A stretch of DNA of 64,000 nucleotides, from positions 97,767 through 161,766 of the forward strand of contig MU057728.1 in the NCBI GenBank assembly GCA_013265495.1. The letters run 5' to 3'. A program made the position numbers and the translations under genes. This document shows, in pieces, positions 12,101-24,905 of the stretch. Every line of letters begins with the position of its first letter. Position 1 is the first letter of the stretch. The notes below the pieces were generated by a model, which worked only from the letters and a program-made list of their open reading frames with translations, was not told the DNA's origin and did no database searches. This stretch comes from Vicugna vicugna. Its lineage: Eukaryota.

Positions 12101-14069
12101 TTGTAGAAGTGCCTGGGAATGCCTCGCACATGGGAAGCTCAAGTGAGCTGCGTTTTTAGGGAGAGTCCCCCGGACTCGGCATGCCGGTCTCCTCACCTAT
12201 CTGTGCTCAGAAGTCAGGGACAGAGAGGGGCTGCATAAATGGCCGGGCATGCAGGAATATGTGGCTTTCCGTTTTCTTCCAATATTCCCCGACTTGGGGA
12301 GAGGCTGGAACGTTTGCCACCTACCACAGGCCAAACGCCCCCTGACCCTTTCCAGTGCAGTTTTTCCCACGTCCCTGTGGCGGGCACCTGGCTGCCCACC
12401 CCTGCTGCCTTTGGCGGTGCCTTCATTGCTGCTCAGGTTTTGGATTTTGTTCATCCGCAAGCCCCCAAGAGGCTGCTGGCGGGGGTGTTGACAGTGTTGG
12501 GGGCTCCTCCATCATGCCACAGCGACGGTTCCCTTGCGCGTATGCCATCCCTCTGTTGTTTCATACCGGCCATTTGCTGCGCAATTGGCCCCTTGCCTCT
12601 CTGTCAGCTGTCCTTTTCATTGACTTTTTGCTTCAACATACTCCGGTTTTTCCCAGAGTTGATCAGTCCTTGGTGATGACTGAACTCAGGTTTGGTTTGA
12701 CCTCACCCTTTAAGTAGATCTCCAGCTCTCCCTGGAGACTCATGTGCGCCTCAAGCGATGAGACTGTCGGGGATCTTGAGGATTAAACCAGCAGGCTGTG
12801 CTCATCCCGCGTGGTGGGACCAGGAGGGACGGCCACGTGGGGTGAGGAGAAATTAGGTTACAGATGGTCCAGGTGGACGCGTCGGGCTGATAGCTGGATG
12901 TCATAATTAAAATTCCCGTGAGTGAACCGGTCCCCACAGCCAGCTTGTTAATGACTCCACTAGTGATTAAACTGCCTGCTCCCTGAGGTCTGTTTTCTCC
13001 TTCTTTTCCTAGAGGCCATTTAGATTCAGATTCTAGTTCACTGTGAATTTCGCTGCTTCTGCCCTTGAGCGAGCCCCTCCCAGCCGCTCCCTGTCTCCAT
13101 CGTGCCGGGGGGTGGTTCATTTTTCATTCGCAGTATAATATCTGGCAGTTGTGCCTTATCCTATTTTTGGTTTCCTCCCCCATCTTCTCTGTTAATCCAG
13201 GCCGGCTCCAAGCGTGCTTCCTCTGTGATTTCCCCTCTCGGTTCAGGCACTCATTCTCTCTTTGGGACCTCTCGGCATTTTTATGATGATGATTATTCTG
13301 GCACCGGGATAATTTGTGCTCGCTCATGTGTGCTCTGCAGAGGCTCTGCTGCCTCTCCCCGCACCCCTTCTGGAGTTACTCAGCCGGTCCCCCCTCCCCA
13401 TCTCCTTACAGGAATGTGGTCTGCAGCATCCCCTATCCGGTCCGGTCCGCAGCACCAAGGCCCAGCTCAGGGTTGGCAACTCCGGTCAGGAACCGTTTTT
13501 CCCTGGACTCTGCGGAACAGCTGCCTCCCACTTTCGCAAAACCTCCTCCCCTCCACCGCCCCAGGCTCTTTTCTGTCAGGCGATCACACCTACTTCCTCA
13601 AACCCATCCTCCTGTGCATAACCACTTCCAGACCTCTCGTGGTCTCAGTCACCTCCCCTGACACCTTCTAATTTGCCATTGCCCCTCTTGATGTGACAAA
13701 GCTGGAAAGTGACCCTGTCAGTGCCAAGGGCATGTTGTCTTTCTCGGTCTGTATGTGTTTGGGGTTCTAAGTAATTCTAAGCTTCAGAACTACATTTTTT
13801 TTTAAGCAGCAACACTCCCGAGATACCCCGAAGTCCTCTCAAATTTGGTTCATAACTAGCAAATAGTGACTTCAATGGGAGGCTTTGAGCTTGAGGCAGT
13901 GGCTTTTATTTCCCAGTGACATCCTGACCAGCCCACGGGTGTGCCTTGAAGTTGGCTTTAGAGCAAGCGAACGGGTCTAGGGGAGCCTTGCACACCAAGC
14001 AGTGGTCAGACTGTCAGGCATAACCCCAGCTCCCCCAGTCTTATGCTGTTGTTTCTCATGAAACTAGTT

Positions 14070-15130
14070 TCTTGTTTTACTTTTCATGTTACAAAGGCAA
14101 TGTTTCCTTAAAGTTAGATGTTTGGGCTGTTTTCAGATTTTTTGCACTCTAAGCTTTGCTATGTTTGAATATACTTCTAAGTGGATCTTTGTGCCACTTA
14201 CAGTGTTCCCTTAGGATAAATTCCCAGATGCGGTACTGCTGGGTCAAAGAGGAAGCACACGATGAAGACTTTGAATGCACGTTGAATCATTGCTCTCCCC
14301 CAAAGCTTCCCAGCTTACAGCGCGGAGGGTGCTTGTGCCTGTTTCCTCGTGTGTACTGGGCACTAATTACTCTAAAAAATACTGACCAACCTGGAAGATG
14401 AAAAGTGGTATTTGAATATTTTAATTTGTATGTCTTTGTAAACTTACAAGAAAGGTTGAACCTTTTCCCCAAGTTTATATTTTTGTGAATTGACTGTTGG
14501 GGCATTCATACATTCTTCTGGTAAGAGTTCATCTTTTTCCTTAATGAACTCTTTCTATGTTAAAGATTGTAACCTTTTGTCCGTCTTTTGTCTCACAGGT
14601 AGTTCTTCCAGGTTGTTATTGATTTTATGGTTATTGAAATTTGAAAATGTATGATGCATTTGGATATATCAAGTTTAAAATGGTCATACAGTCCATGTTT
14701 TATAGTCCACATGTTTTATAGTGTTTGCTTTTGGTGTCATCTTTAGAAAAGTATTCTTGACCCCAGGAGTACATAACTATTTATTTGCTTTCTCTTCCAG
14801 TAATTTTTGCAGCCTTCTTTCTTTCTTTTCTTTTCTTTATACGGAGCTACTGGGGATTGAACCCAGGACCCATGCATGCTAAGCACACGGTCTACCTACC
14901 ACTGAGCTATATCCTTCCCACTGAAGCCTCATTTCTTACATATAAACTCTTCATCTGTCTGAGATGTCTTAGTAGAAGGAATGGAAGGAAAGTGTGACAT
15001 AATTTCTGGACGGTCATCCAGTTGCCTCAACACTACTTACAACCTAGTCTCTCTCTCTTTTTTTTTTTTTTTGCCTCAACTTTCTCCCCGGTTTTTTTGT
15101 TTGTTTGTTTCTTTGATATAGACAAGTCTT
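14070..15130 (-). mobile_element. Old LINE-1 (L1ME-like), antisense, containing a SINE
   Basis: T-rich degraded L1 motifs such as ccttaggataaattcccaga and ccagttgcctcaacactactta. Confidence 0.55.
14816..14919 (-). mobile_element. tRNA-Ala-derived SINE (Vic-1-like), antisense
   Basis: ggagctactggggattgaacccaggacccatgcatgctaagcacac...accactgagctatatccttccc preceded by a (TTTC)n tail. Confidence 0.85.
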
Positions 15131-15167
15131 GTTTTAGACTTTCTATTTGATTAGGTTTTCCCTTTAT

Positions 15168-15169
<2 letters not shown>

Positions 15170-15220
<51 letters not shown>

Positions 15221-15295
15221 TTTACTGTGTTGTGTCAGTTTCTGGCTCACAGCATAACATTTCAGTCATACTTATAAATACATATATTCATTTTT
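15170..15295 (-). mobile_element. Short L1 3' end fragment with a 49-nt pure poly(A) tail (poly-T on +)
   Basis: T run 15170-15218, then agttttactgtgttgtgtcagtttctggctcacagcataacatttcagtcatac. Possible TSD ctttattct / ttctattct. Confidence 0.7.
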
Positions 15296-15572
15296 CTTTC
15301 TATTCTTATGCCAGGTCATTACCATTTTGACTCTTTGTGCTCACGATACACCCTAAGACTTTGGGCGGCTTGGTGATCTCTGCACCACCACCAAGAAGCA
15401 AAGGATCGTTCATGTTGTTGTACCAAGTCTTTGGATATACTTACAATCACCATCTTCCCTGGTGAGAATAAACCATCTGTAGTTTTTTGAAACTTGTCTC
15501 CAGGGATCCTGAGTGCAGGGACTTTGTTGAGCCAGCGAGAGCTCAGATCTGTTAGAGCTCTTGACGTGTCCT

Positions 15573-15588
15573 CTGCCCCCCAGTGGCA
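15573..15588 (-). promoter_or_regulatory. Candidate CTCF site
   Basis: Reverse complement tgCCACTGGGGGGCAG has one mismatch to the CTCF core CCASYAGRKGGCRS. Confidence 0.4.
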
Positions 15589-16329
15589 CAGCGTCGGATC
15601 CCCAGGAAAGGCGGGTCTGCATCAGCCTGGGTCCCTCAGTTCCCACATCTCATAATCACATCCGTTTTTCTTAAAAATCAGCAGTCGCACTCTGCTGACT
15701 CATGCTCTCTGACTCCTAGACGCTTTTCTTCCATAATTGGGTGTGCCGGGCACAGTCCTTGCTTTTTCCTCCCCGAGGTGGGGAATTCAGGGTGGAAATG
15801 TGGTGGCAGACATGGAGCTCCAGCGAGTGAGGGATGCCCCTTCCCTGCACCCCTCCCTGGGCTGTTGCCATGACAGTCAGTTGGAGGGAGGCATCCTCCA
15901 GTGCCCTCCTCCCAGGAGCTTCTCTCCGGATTCCACTTCCTGAACTGCAGGCGGCTTGTGGGTGGGAAGCCTACTGGGTGGTCTGCCCAGACTTCCAAGA
16001 GCTCCACGGCCCCACCTTGCGCAGGGCCTAGCATGGGCCCGGGCCACGCTCAGACCACACTCAGCCCTGCTTTCTTTTCCGACAATGATGCTGACGATGG
16101 TGGTGACCTCGATGGTGACGAGGCCATAGCCAGATGATGAAGAGGAAGTCCTGCAGAGGCTTCGTGCTCACAGATCATAGTTTAATTACTGAGCACCACC
16201 TCGCGCCCTGGGCAGCGGGAGATGCTGTGGGGAGTGAAGAGGAACCTGGGTTTTCGGTGCCTGGTCCCGTTGGCTGCAGCAGGACAGCCACGTAGTTGAG
16301 CTCTCAGGCCCTGGGACCTGGCTACTTCT

Positions 16330-16470
16330 GCTGCGATACTTGGACGAATGACTGCACTTCTCTGTGCCTCCATTTCCTCATCTGTGAAATGGGGATGGTG
16401 CTTCCCAGGGTTGATGTGAGGATTAAACGAGTTGGCTTCCGTGAACATTTCCCCGTGCCTGGCGTATGTT
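16330..16470 (+). mobile_element. MIR SINE
   Basis: tctctgtgcctccatttcctcatctgtgaaatggggatg...gtgaggattaaacgag. Confidence 0.8.
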
Positions 16471-16639
16471 TCGTGTTTGTAGTTAGTGTTGTTGTTGTTG
16501 TGTGTGCGCAGGTCTTTCCTGCTCTTCTAGCTTCTGCAGGCTGGGTGAGAGCTCCCTGTCCTTTTTTGTGTTCGCTGCCACACAGCCTGCCACAGAGTGG
16601 ATGGGCGGCAGATACCCGTTAATGACGTTGCTGATGCCA

Positions 16640-16830
16640 GTCACTGGCACGCCGCCTTGCGCTGGGCTTGTTATCGCATTATCTGATCGAATCTTCCCAC
16701 AGCATTGAAATTAGGTGTTTTGCCTGTTTTACAGACGAGAAACTCGAAGCCCTGGGGAAGTCTAAGTCACTGGCCAGAGTCTGTCCAGCTGACAAGGGGC
16801 AGGGCCAGGAGTCATCCCTGGTCAGCCCGG
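16640..16830 (-). mobile_element. MIR SINE
   Basis: ttttacagacgagaaactcgaagccc...ctaagtcactggccaga. Confidence 0.6.
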
Positions 16831-17329
16831 CTCCAAAGTAGAGTCAGGGTGAATGGATGGATGATGAATTGGGTGGGGCAGGGGGTGGTAGGCAAGGGAG
16901 ACACATTTGGAAGAAGAGAACGATGTTCATGAAGGAGTTGAGTGGGACCCAGTGAAGTGGTGTCGCAGGGGTGAAGGGCTAGTGGGCAGTGGACCTGATG
17001 TCGTTTGGGTCCCACTTGAGGCTTGCCTGGCTCGGGCGTGGGGGCTGTGGGAGAGGGTGACTGGGTGGAGAACGGCTTGGAGTTAGGCTGGGACAACTGG
17101 CAGGAAGTCTGTGGTCAGAGGGGAAGGCGGGAGCCACAGGAGGCAAGCATGCCCTGGGGTGTGGGGGGGAAGCAAGGGACATCAAGGAGTCCCAGCCCCA
17201 AGAGTGTCACACTGTGGAGGGCCCCAGATATTGGACAGATGATGGAGCTTGTGCTTAGATAGCGGGCAGGGCAGCCGGGGTGGGTGTTTGAGGGAGGCAC
17301 ACATGGGCTACTTTTCCCCTGGGGGGATG

Positions 17330-17720
17330 GGGCCGGGTAGCAGGCAGCTGTGAGTCCCCTGTACAGCCTGGAGAAGAAGCTGGAGAAGACGGTGGTGAGT
17401 GCGGCTGGGGGAAGGAGCGGAGGCAGGGAGACGGGGTCAGAACGAGGGCTAAGTGATGGGAGGCCGGAGCAGGCGTCTGGCTTTTGTTCCCAGTGGGAAG
17501 GGAAGCAACAAGTGTGTGTGGAGCTGAGACGTGATGAGATCCTGGTGACATTCCACAAGGTCACCTGGCTGCTCTGTAGGAGGCAGGGGAGGCGATGGAG
17601 GCTTGGGTGTGGAAGGGTGATGGGCAGAAGTGGGCACGTGTGGGATCCGTGGGCGGTTCTGCCACCAGCATGTAGCGGGTTACTTGTAGGAGCCAAAGGA
17701 AAGAAAGAAGGACCCGGGAG
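17330..17720 (-). mobile_element. LINE-2 fragment
   Basis: ggcttttgttcccagtgggaagggaagc...aaggtcacctggctgctctgtaggagg; purine-rich antisense L2. Confidence 0.6.
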
Positions 17721-19614
17721 TCCATCTCAAACATCTGTGTGACTCTGGAGCTTGGTGCCACGTATCAGAGAACCTGGGTCCTGTGGACAAGGGCGAGAGC
17801 ATTGGTTTCTTTGTCCCCGGTTTGCAGCCCCGAGGAGCAGGATGTGCAAAGAGGGTGGCGGACACAGAGGAGAAAGACCAGACCCTGGCGCCTGATTTCC
17901 CTGGTTGTGCTCAGCCTCCACTAGGCACACTTGACCTTAAAAACCCCTGTGGGCCCCGGGGGCTGGGGAGGCGAGTCCCAGGGACCCCGGGCTGCCTGCG
18001 GCCTGGCCCTGGGAAGTGGTGGACCGTCTCCTGAGAAAACACGCCACCGCCAGCGATTTTATTGATAAGGGAGACGTGCATGGCGTGGGGTGGAGTTAAT
18101 CCTAGGAATCAGGAAGAGAAAGCCCAAAGCCCAAGTTCATCTAAGGGTATCCCAGCTCTCCTGGCCTCTGCGGTCCCAGAGCAGGAGCTTCTGATCCAAT
18201 CCACCCACCCCAGCACTGTTCCTGTGGGTCACCGATGAAGTGGGGGTGCGTTTGAAGGGTGGGCCATGAACAGGATGCTCCTGGCGTTGGCCCTGGACCG
18301 GGGGAGCCAGCTGGACGGAGGTGGAGGTGGCTCCCTAGCCTGGCATCTAAACTTGGCCTGTGAATTTTCCCCTTGTCCCCAGTGCAGGGCAGGGGAAATG
18401 TTCCTCATTCTCTCTCACCCCCTCCACCTCAGTCTCTTGTTTTTGGACTAATTTTCTCCATCTAAACCTAAGGCTGCACCTGGGTGTTTTTCTTGGATTC
18501 AAATTTGGGGAGGAGGAAGAACCCAGGGTCCTTGGTATGCCTGGTCCCTTGGGTATACCACCAGGGAGTCCTCTTACCCGTCCTGCGGGGTCTCTAGAAT
18601 GTTCCATTTCCACCCTATTTCCAAGGCTGTGTGGCTGACTTCACCTAAATCGAGTGCAGAGTCGTGACCAAAATCAGAATCTTCCTGGAATTTCCAGGCA
18701 CTGACAGAACAGAAATGGTCCCTAGTGTAAAAAACAAAACAACAACAAAAAGAAAACCGCACAAAAATCCTATTTGGCATTTTCAGAGGTGCTCTGGACC
18801 AGAAGAAAGAGAATCTAAAACTTAACCAAGGGTCCGCAGCCCCGTCTTGGACACTGCCCTGTGTGACCCCGGCCAGGGCTTGGTTTCTTCGCTTGCAAAG
18901 TCAGGGTGCTGGCTCTGTGATCCCCAAGCCCCTGCTGGCAGTAACACAATCTGGTGCAGCCCCCGCTTTTATGACCTAGTGCAGCCTAAAGCGAGGGCCG
19001 AGATTAACACCCTCAGTTACGTCTCTGCAGAACTCAGACCTGAGGAAATTGAGAAACACTCTAGCCGGCGTGGGACTGGGTTTACAGTGGGTCCATTGGA
19101 GACACCATTCAGGGGATCACTACTCGTAAGACTCCTGAGCAGCCAGGGAGCCTGAGTCTCATTAAAAGGCGCTTTACCTGGAAGGCTCCCGAGAGCTGGT
19201 CTACGCAGAGGGAGACGCAGAGTCAGAAATGGGGGCGGAGCCGGCGGGCCGGGAGCTCCCCGGAGAAGAATGCTGAATTGTGAGTTTCAGGTGTGCCTCC
19301 TGGCTCACGTGCTGCTGCTCTCTAGTTACTTTCAGTCTCCTGATCGCTTTTCCTCTCTGGGAGGAAATGGTCCCTTCAAGCTCCAGCACTGAGTGGCCTC
19401 GTGAATTTCGCCCCATCTAAGGTTCTTTTGAGTCTAAGGTTTGTGCGTGTGTTAAAGGGAAAATACAAATGAAATCAGGAGTCCCCTCAACATTGTGTCA
19501 GGCTCAACGTCTGTCTTCCTGAGTCCCCGGAGACTCCAGGTCTTTGGTGCCCACATCTTCTACGGCATCGCCTCCCACGGGGCGTGTTTGCATGCTCACG
19601 TGTAGCCTCCTGCC

Positions 19615-19682
19615 TGATCAGTGGTGGCTCCAGAGATGTCAACATGTAGAAGAATGTGCGTCTGAGATGGATGAAATACAGA
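19615..19682. mobile_element. TcMar-Tc2 (MER104/Kanga-like) terminal fragment
   Basis: cagagatgtcaacatgtagaagaatgtgcgtctgagatggatgaaataca resembles the recalled terminus. Confidence 0.45.
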
Positions 19683-20789
19683 GAGTCTCGGTCCACCAAG
19701 AGTTTGAAACTGTCACTTCACCGGGCCAGCGACTGTGCCTACACCTCCTCCAGTGACCCAGCTGCTGGGGCCTCAGTCCTAGAAGGAGGTGCCTTATTTG
19801 TGAGCAGGCTCTGCTGGTGCTCAGGGTTCTGGGGAAGCTGTGGTCTTTGTGCCTAAAAGCCGTCAGGGGCTGGCTTGATAGCCACACTGGGAGCCCGGGG
19901 ACTCCCTGGTCAGGCTGGTCGCAGGACGTCTCTCCTGCTCTCTACCTTGACATGAATCTAGTCAGTAAGTTTAGATTTCTCACCTTTGGGAGGCAGGGGC
20001 TGGGGTGGGAAAGGCAGAGGCTTTGGGTGGGGTGGGACAGACATGGGTGTCCTCCCTGCCCTGCTGCACCTGTCCCCTCTGCTATAAGTTGGAGGTAACC
20101 CTGAGGACTAAGGGAGGTGGCAGGGAGACCTGTGCCTGGCTCACAGGTAATAGCTCATAAGGACCATGTGCATCCTTCTCTTCCTTTGCTAGGTGCTGGG
20201 GTAGGTGATGAAGAACTGGGCAGGTGGCTCAGTGCCTGTCCTCTGAGAGTTTCTGATCTTGTTCGGAGACCTCTCTGTCCCCTGAAGTTGTAGGTGGGGT
20301 GGCCACCTGCCTCCAGGGCAGCCCTCCCACTGGTTGTCCCTCAAACTCAGTTACCCAGGGCTGAATCCATCTCTTCTCCAAGACCTGCCCCCACCCACGC
20401 TGGGTTCCCCTTTGGTCCCTGACATTCTCTTGGATCCTAAGGGCATCCCAGGGTTCTCCCCCTTTTTCGAGCACTGTCATCCAGCCCTAGGTCTGCCTAA
20501 CCACCCCTCCAGGGAGTGTCCTTCCCCATTCCTTTCTGTCCCACCCTGACTGAGGCCCCCAGCCCACGCCATCCCACCCAAGTTTGCAGGGCCTTGTGGC
20601 ACAGTGGTTGTTCTTACCTATCATGAGTGTGATGTCCCAATTATTTTAGTGATTTGAACCCTTTATTTTCTCTTTGAGTCTAGACTTACATCCACTGGAG
20701 AGTTTTCTCTGTCCTCCTTCTGCCTAGGTTGGGTACCCCCTTCTCAGTCCCTGCTCTGATTTCCTGTGTGTCTCCAATTTATGGCTCCC

Positions 20790-21165
20790 ATGCTAATCCT
20801 GCCTCAGGGCCTTTGCACTGGCTCTTTCTTCCCCTGGAATGCTCTTCCCCTGTGGATCTACATGGCTCACACGTCAGCTGTTTTAAGGTCTTCACTCACA
20901 TGTCACATGCTCGCTGAGACCCCCACGACCGCCTGTGTCAAATCACAGTGCTCCTGACACCCGATCCTCCTTTTCTGCTTTATTTTCCTTCTTAGCACTT
21001 CCCGTGCTCTCACACACCATACGAGTTCCTCATGTGCCTTGTTGCTTGTCTCTCCTCAGTCACTGGTGACAGGGATTTTGTCCGTTCATGGCCGAATCCT
21101 CGTGCCTGGCACGGTGCCTGGCACGTGGGCTTTCAATAAATATTTGCTGAATGAATGAATGACGT
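20790..21165 (+). mobile_element. LINE-2 3' end
   Basis: cctgcctcagggcctttgcactggct...gtgcctggcacg...tcaataaatatttgctgaatgaatgaatga. Confidence 0.85.
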
Positions 21166-22639
21166 GCATTTACCCCATTTTTAAATGGTCCATTTTGGCC
21201 TCTTTATTAGATTCTGGCCTCCTGGAGGGCAGGGCCTTGTTCTGTTTGTTTTGGCCATAGTATTTCCTTGATTCCTTTTTGATGAATAAATGATTGTCTC
21301 AGCCTCTGAGTTCTCTCCCTGAATAGAATTCTGAGCATGTCACTTCGATCTCTGAAAGACTAGTTTTTCGGGTGGTTTCTGTACAGCCCTCACCCCGTCT
21401 CTTGTCACCTGGCCATGGCCAGGCACCTGCTTCCCTCCTCTCCCCGACCCGTGCCCAGCACACTCACACTCTGACTTTGTCCTGACTTCCCTGACTTCAT
21501 CCACTAACAAGCCATGTGCTTTCATGAACATCATACATCCCCACCTCCAAGCCTTCCCTCCTGCTGCCGCACCTGCCGGAATGCCCTAGCCATTGGCCTC
21601 CTGGCCAGCTCCTATGCATCCCTCACTTGCTTTGAACCCTTCTTCCAGTGCCTGTACATCCCTCCCCTCGAGCAGGGGCTCACTCCTTAGGTCGTGCCTC
21701 CCTCTTTTGCTGGAACAGTAACTCTCTTAAGGCAGCTACCACATCTTGTGCCCCTGGGGCCTGGCACAGTGTCCGACTTGCATGTTTAATGAATCAGCAA
21801 AGAAACAAATGATGCATCCACACTGATAATACAGAGCTCCATGTGACTGAGGGGCAGAATGATGTGGTCCAGCCTGACTCCTGGAGTACTTGAAATGCTG
21901 CTGGTTAAGGGATCTGCACAGACGGTCAACGCTCACAGTGTGGGAGGAGTTCCCCCTCCCTCGGTAACCACTGATCACACATTCATCACCAAGAGCCATA
22001 CCAGCTTTCCCCAAGCCCTGGGCAGCTGTTTGGTCCCGTGCTGGTCCCCTCCAGGGGCTCTGAGGCTGCATCTCTCCAGTGGGGAGGTTGGAGTTTGAAG
22101 GATGCTGCAAACTGCACTGTCTGGGGGCCTCTGGGAAGGCAGGTGTAGGCACTGAGCTGGCAGGTAAGGTCTCAGTGGGCCAACTCAGCCTTGGGGAAGA
22201 TGGTCTGGCTGCAGGGCTCACTGTTGAGTCCTGGCCTGGGGACCTGCTGCAGAAGCACCTGGGCAGCCTCGCAGGGGAAGAGCTGGCCTTTGGCTGGGTC
22301 TGGGTCTGGGCCTTGGTCTTCCCTGCAGGTCTCCTCCAGACCTGCAGTGACTGTGGGACCTGGGAGCTGGGCCCCGGCTTCCCAGTGAACATTTGAAAGC
22401 CCCACCCACTGCGGAAATAGGGATCTCCCTAAAATACGTTGACCAAGACCTCTTTGCTCCTGGGGATGAGAAGAGCTTTCCTCTCCCTCAAAGGACTGGT
22501 TTCTTGCCAGTTCCTCCTTAGCCATCACCGGGCACACCCTGCCTGCTCCCCGTGTATTTTGTGCTGCTGCAGGGGCAGCCAGCTCTCCCGCAGGCCGGTC
22601 TCTGTGGATCACACTTGAAAAACAAAGGTTGGCTGGTGG

Positions 22640-22815
22640 GGGTTGGAGGAGCAGTCTCACTCCTTAACATTACCTGGGGAGCTTTTGAAAACTACCCTTG
22701 TCAGAACCACACTTGTATTAATTAATCAGAGTCTCTGGGTGGTGAGGAAACCACACTTAAAAAAAAAAAGCTTCCCAGGTGAGTCTGATGTGCTGCAGGA
22801 CCAGAGGACTGTGGG
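22640..22815. mobile_element. MER5-family hAT MITE fragment
   Basis: ttacctggggagcttttgaaaa...aatcagagtctctggg...aagcttcccaggtgagtctgatgtgc. Confidence 0.6.
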
Positions 22816-24464
22816 GCTAGATGACCACTCTCTCCAAAACCCAGTTACTGCATCTCTGCCGCCCTGCGCTTTCAGGGGGCCTGTCCGGTGCCCAGAGGCT
22901 CACACTCATGGCCCCGTTTGGACTGTTCCAGGTACAAGGGGAGTGTGCAGACCAGTCCCTGCGTCACGGCGCACAGAGTTTAAGCCTGAGGCCTGGGGTC
23001 TGTTTCATGGTGTCGCTTGCTGGGTATTTGCAGACCTCAAATGAACCTCACCCGGACCGCTTAGTACTGAGTCCTGAGAGAGGTGAGAACACTTGTTCCA
23101 AGACTGGACAGTCTAGTTTGGGAGGTTCTGGGCCCAGGGGATGCTGTCTCTTGAACGGGTGCCCCATCCGTGTGCCCCCCAGTACCTCTAACCCCCAAAC
23201 CCTGACCCAGACCCTCTGAGTTCTCTACCTGGAAACTGGCGTCTCCGCCCACTGTGGGGACCCAGAAGGGCACGGTGTCCCCCACTCCGGTGTCCCACTC
23301 TCCTCTCTGTCCCCCCTCCTCCAGCTCAGATCTTCATCACTGCTCACTCCGCCAGGCGAGCATCTCCACCCTCATCACCCATCTGATCTGGTCGTTATGT
23401 GCCGCCAGAGGGTCACTGACCTGTAGAAAGTGTGTGACGGCAGCCACCATCTGGGTCTGAATGTGCTTGGCCCCCAGCACACCTTCGCCTACCTCTGTGC
23501 CTGTCTCCAGCTGCTGCCCAGGTCCCACCTTCCCACCTCCAGACCTCGCGGACAGCCTTCTCATGCACGGCTGCTCTTTGCCTCTGAGCCTCTGTACATT
23601 CGTCCCCGTTCTTGGAAGAATCTGATTTCCCGAGTTTACAGGGACATGTGCACACAAGCCTCTCTCTCCTCTTTGCTCCTGCCTGCAAGCTCTGAGTCCG
23701 CTTCCTCCCATCTTCCTGGTGCTCTGGCCCTGGTGCTGCTTTGTGGAATCTCTCTAGAGTCAGTCCCCCTAAGGAGACACTCTCACAGGCCGTGGGAGGG
23801 ACAGTGTTCCCCGAGAGGAGGGGCAGGAAGCTTTCCAGCACCAGGCCGCGGGCTCGGGTCAGCGGAATGATCACTCGCTTCCATGCTTCAGTCTTTACAA
23901 AACCGAACCAACCCAATCGAAATGTATTTTTTGCTGAGATAATTAAAGGATAATAATGCCATTGAGAAAAGAGGATGCTGTTGATAAATGCCTGTTGTGT
24001 ACTTACCCTCCAGCTTTATCAAATTGCAACGTGATGCTTCTTTTTCTTTATCTGCATCCTCCTTAAAAAAAAAAAGAAATTGGTCTTTAGGAAGCCCCCA
24101 CCTTTGTCTCCCTCCTCAGCCCTGCAGACTGGGGGCTTGCATGTGGTGTGAGGGTAAGGACCCGGAACCAGCGGGCAGACCCCCTCCTCTAGTCCTTGTG
24201 GGTTTTAGGTTCTTCTTCAGCAACACCCCAGCCCCCTCTAACCCTTCCATCCAGCTCGTCCTGCTCTGCTCCACACTTGTGGGCAGGAAGCGGGCAGAGT
24301 GAGGGCTGAGGCAGACCCCGACCTTTTTGGCGCCCAAAGAGGAGTGGACATGGATGTTAAGGGAAAAAAATAAAGTGACTCCTCACTTGGGCTAATTCTC
24401 TGCTTCAGGGGATCAGGAGAGAGGCTGATGATCCAGCTTCTCCACATTATTCTGTATTTTTCCC

Positions 24465-24905
24465 GTGTCATTTCCTCTGCCTGGAAAGCTTTCCTCCCCT
24501 CTCCCATACACCCAGCTCCTAGCCAGCCCTCAAGACCCAGCTCGGATGACACCTCGTCCGTGGAGATTTCCCTGCTGGCCCCGGTGGAAGTCATCACTGT
24601 GTTTTCTAAACCCTCTTTGTGCATTATTGGTGCCTGGAATTTGAGTTTCGTCCTTGCTTTGTCCCTGTCCCACCAGACTGTAAGCTCCTGGAGGCCAGGG
24701 ACAGTGTCTCCTGTTCATTTTCTGTATCACTCCCCACCCTCATTGCCCAGGGAAGTTACGACTTGAAGCTGGAGTGCGGGGAGTGTTTGCTGAGGGAATA
24801 TTTTGTTTCAGCACCGAGAGCAGATCGTGCACGTGGTGAGCACAGCACGAAGCTTGCTTGAGTGAGTGAACAAGTGAATGAATGAATGAATGAACGAATA
24901 CACTG
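24465..24905 (+). mobile_element. LINE-2 3' end
   Basis: cagactgtaagctcctggaggccagggacagtgtc and a terminal (TGAA)n. Confidence 0.75.

Noticed and set aside
21736..22392. 218-aa minus-strand ORF
   Set aside because: Low-complexity P/S/Q-rich translation with no recognisable family; expected by chance at this GC content.
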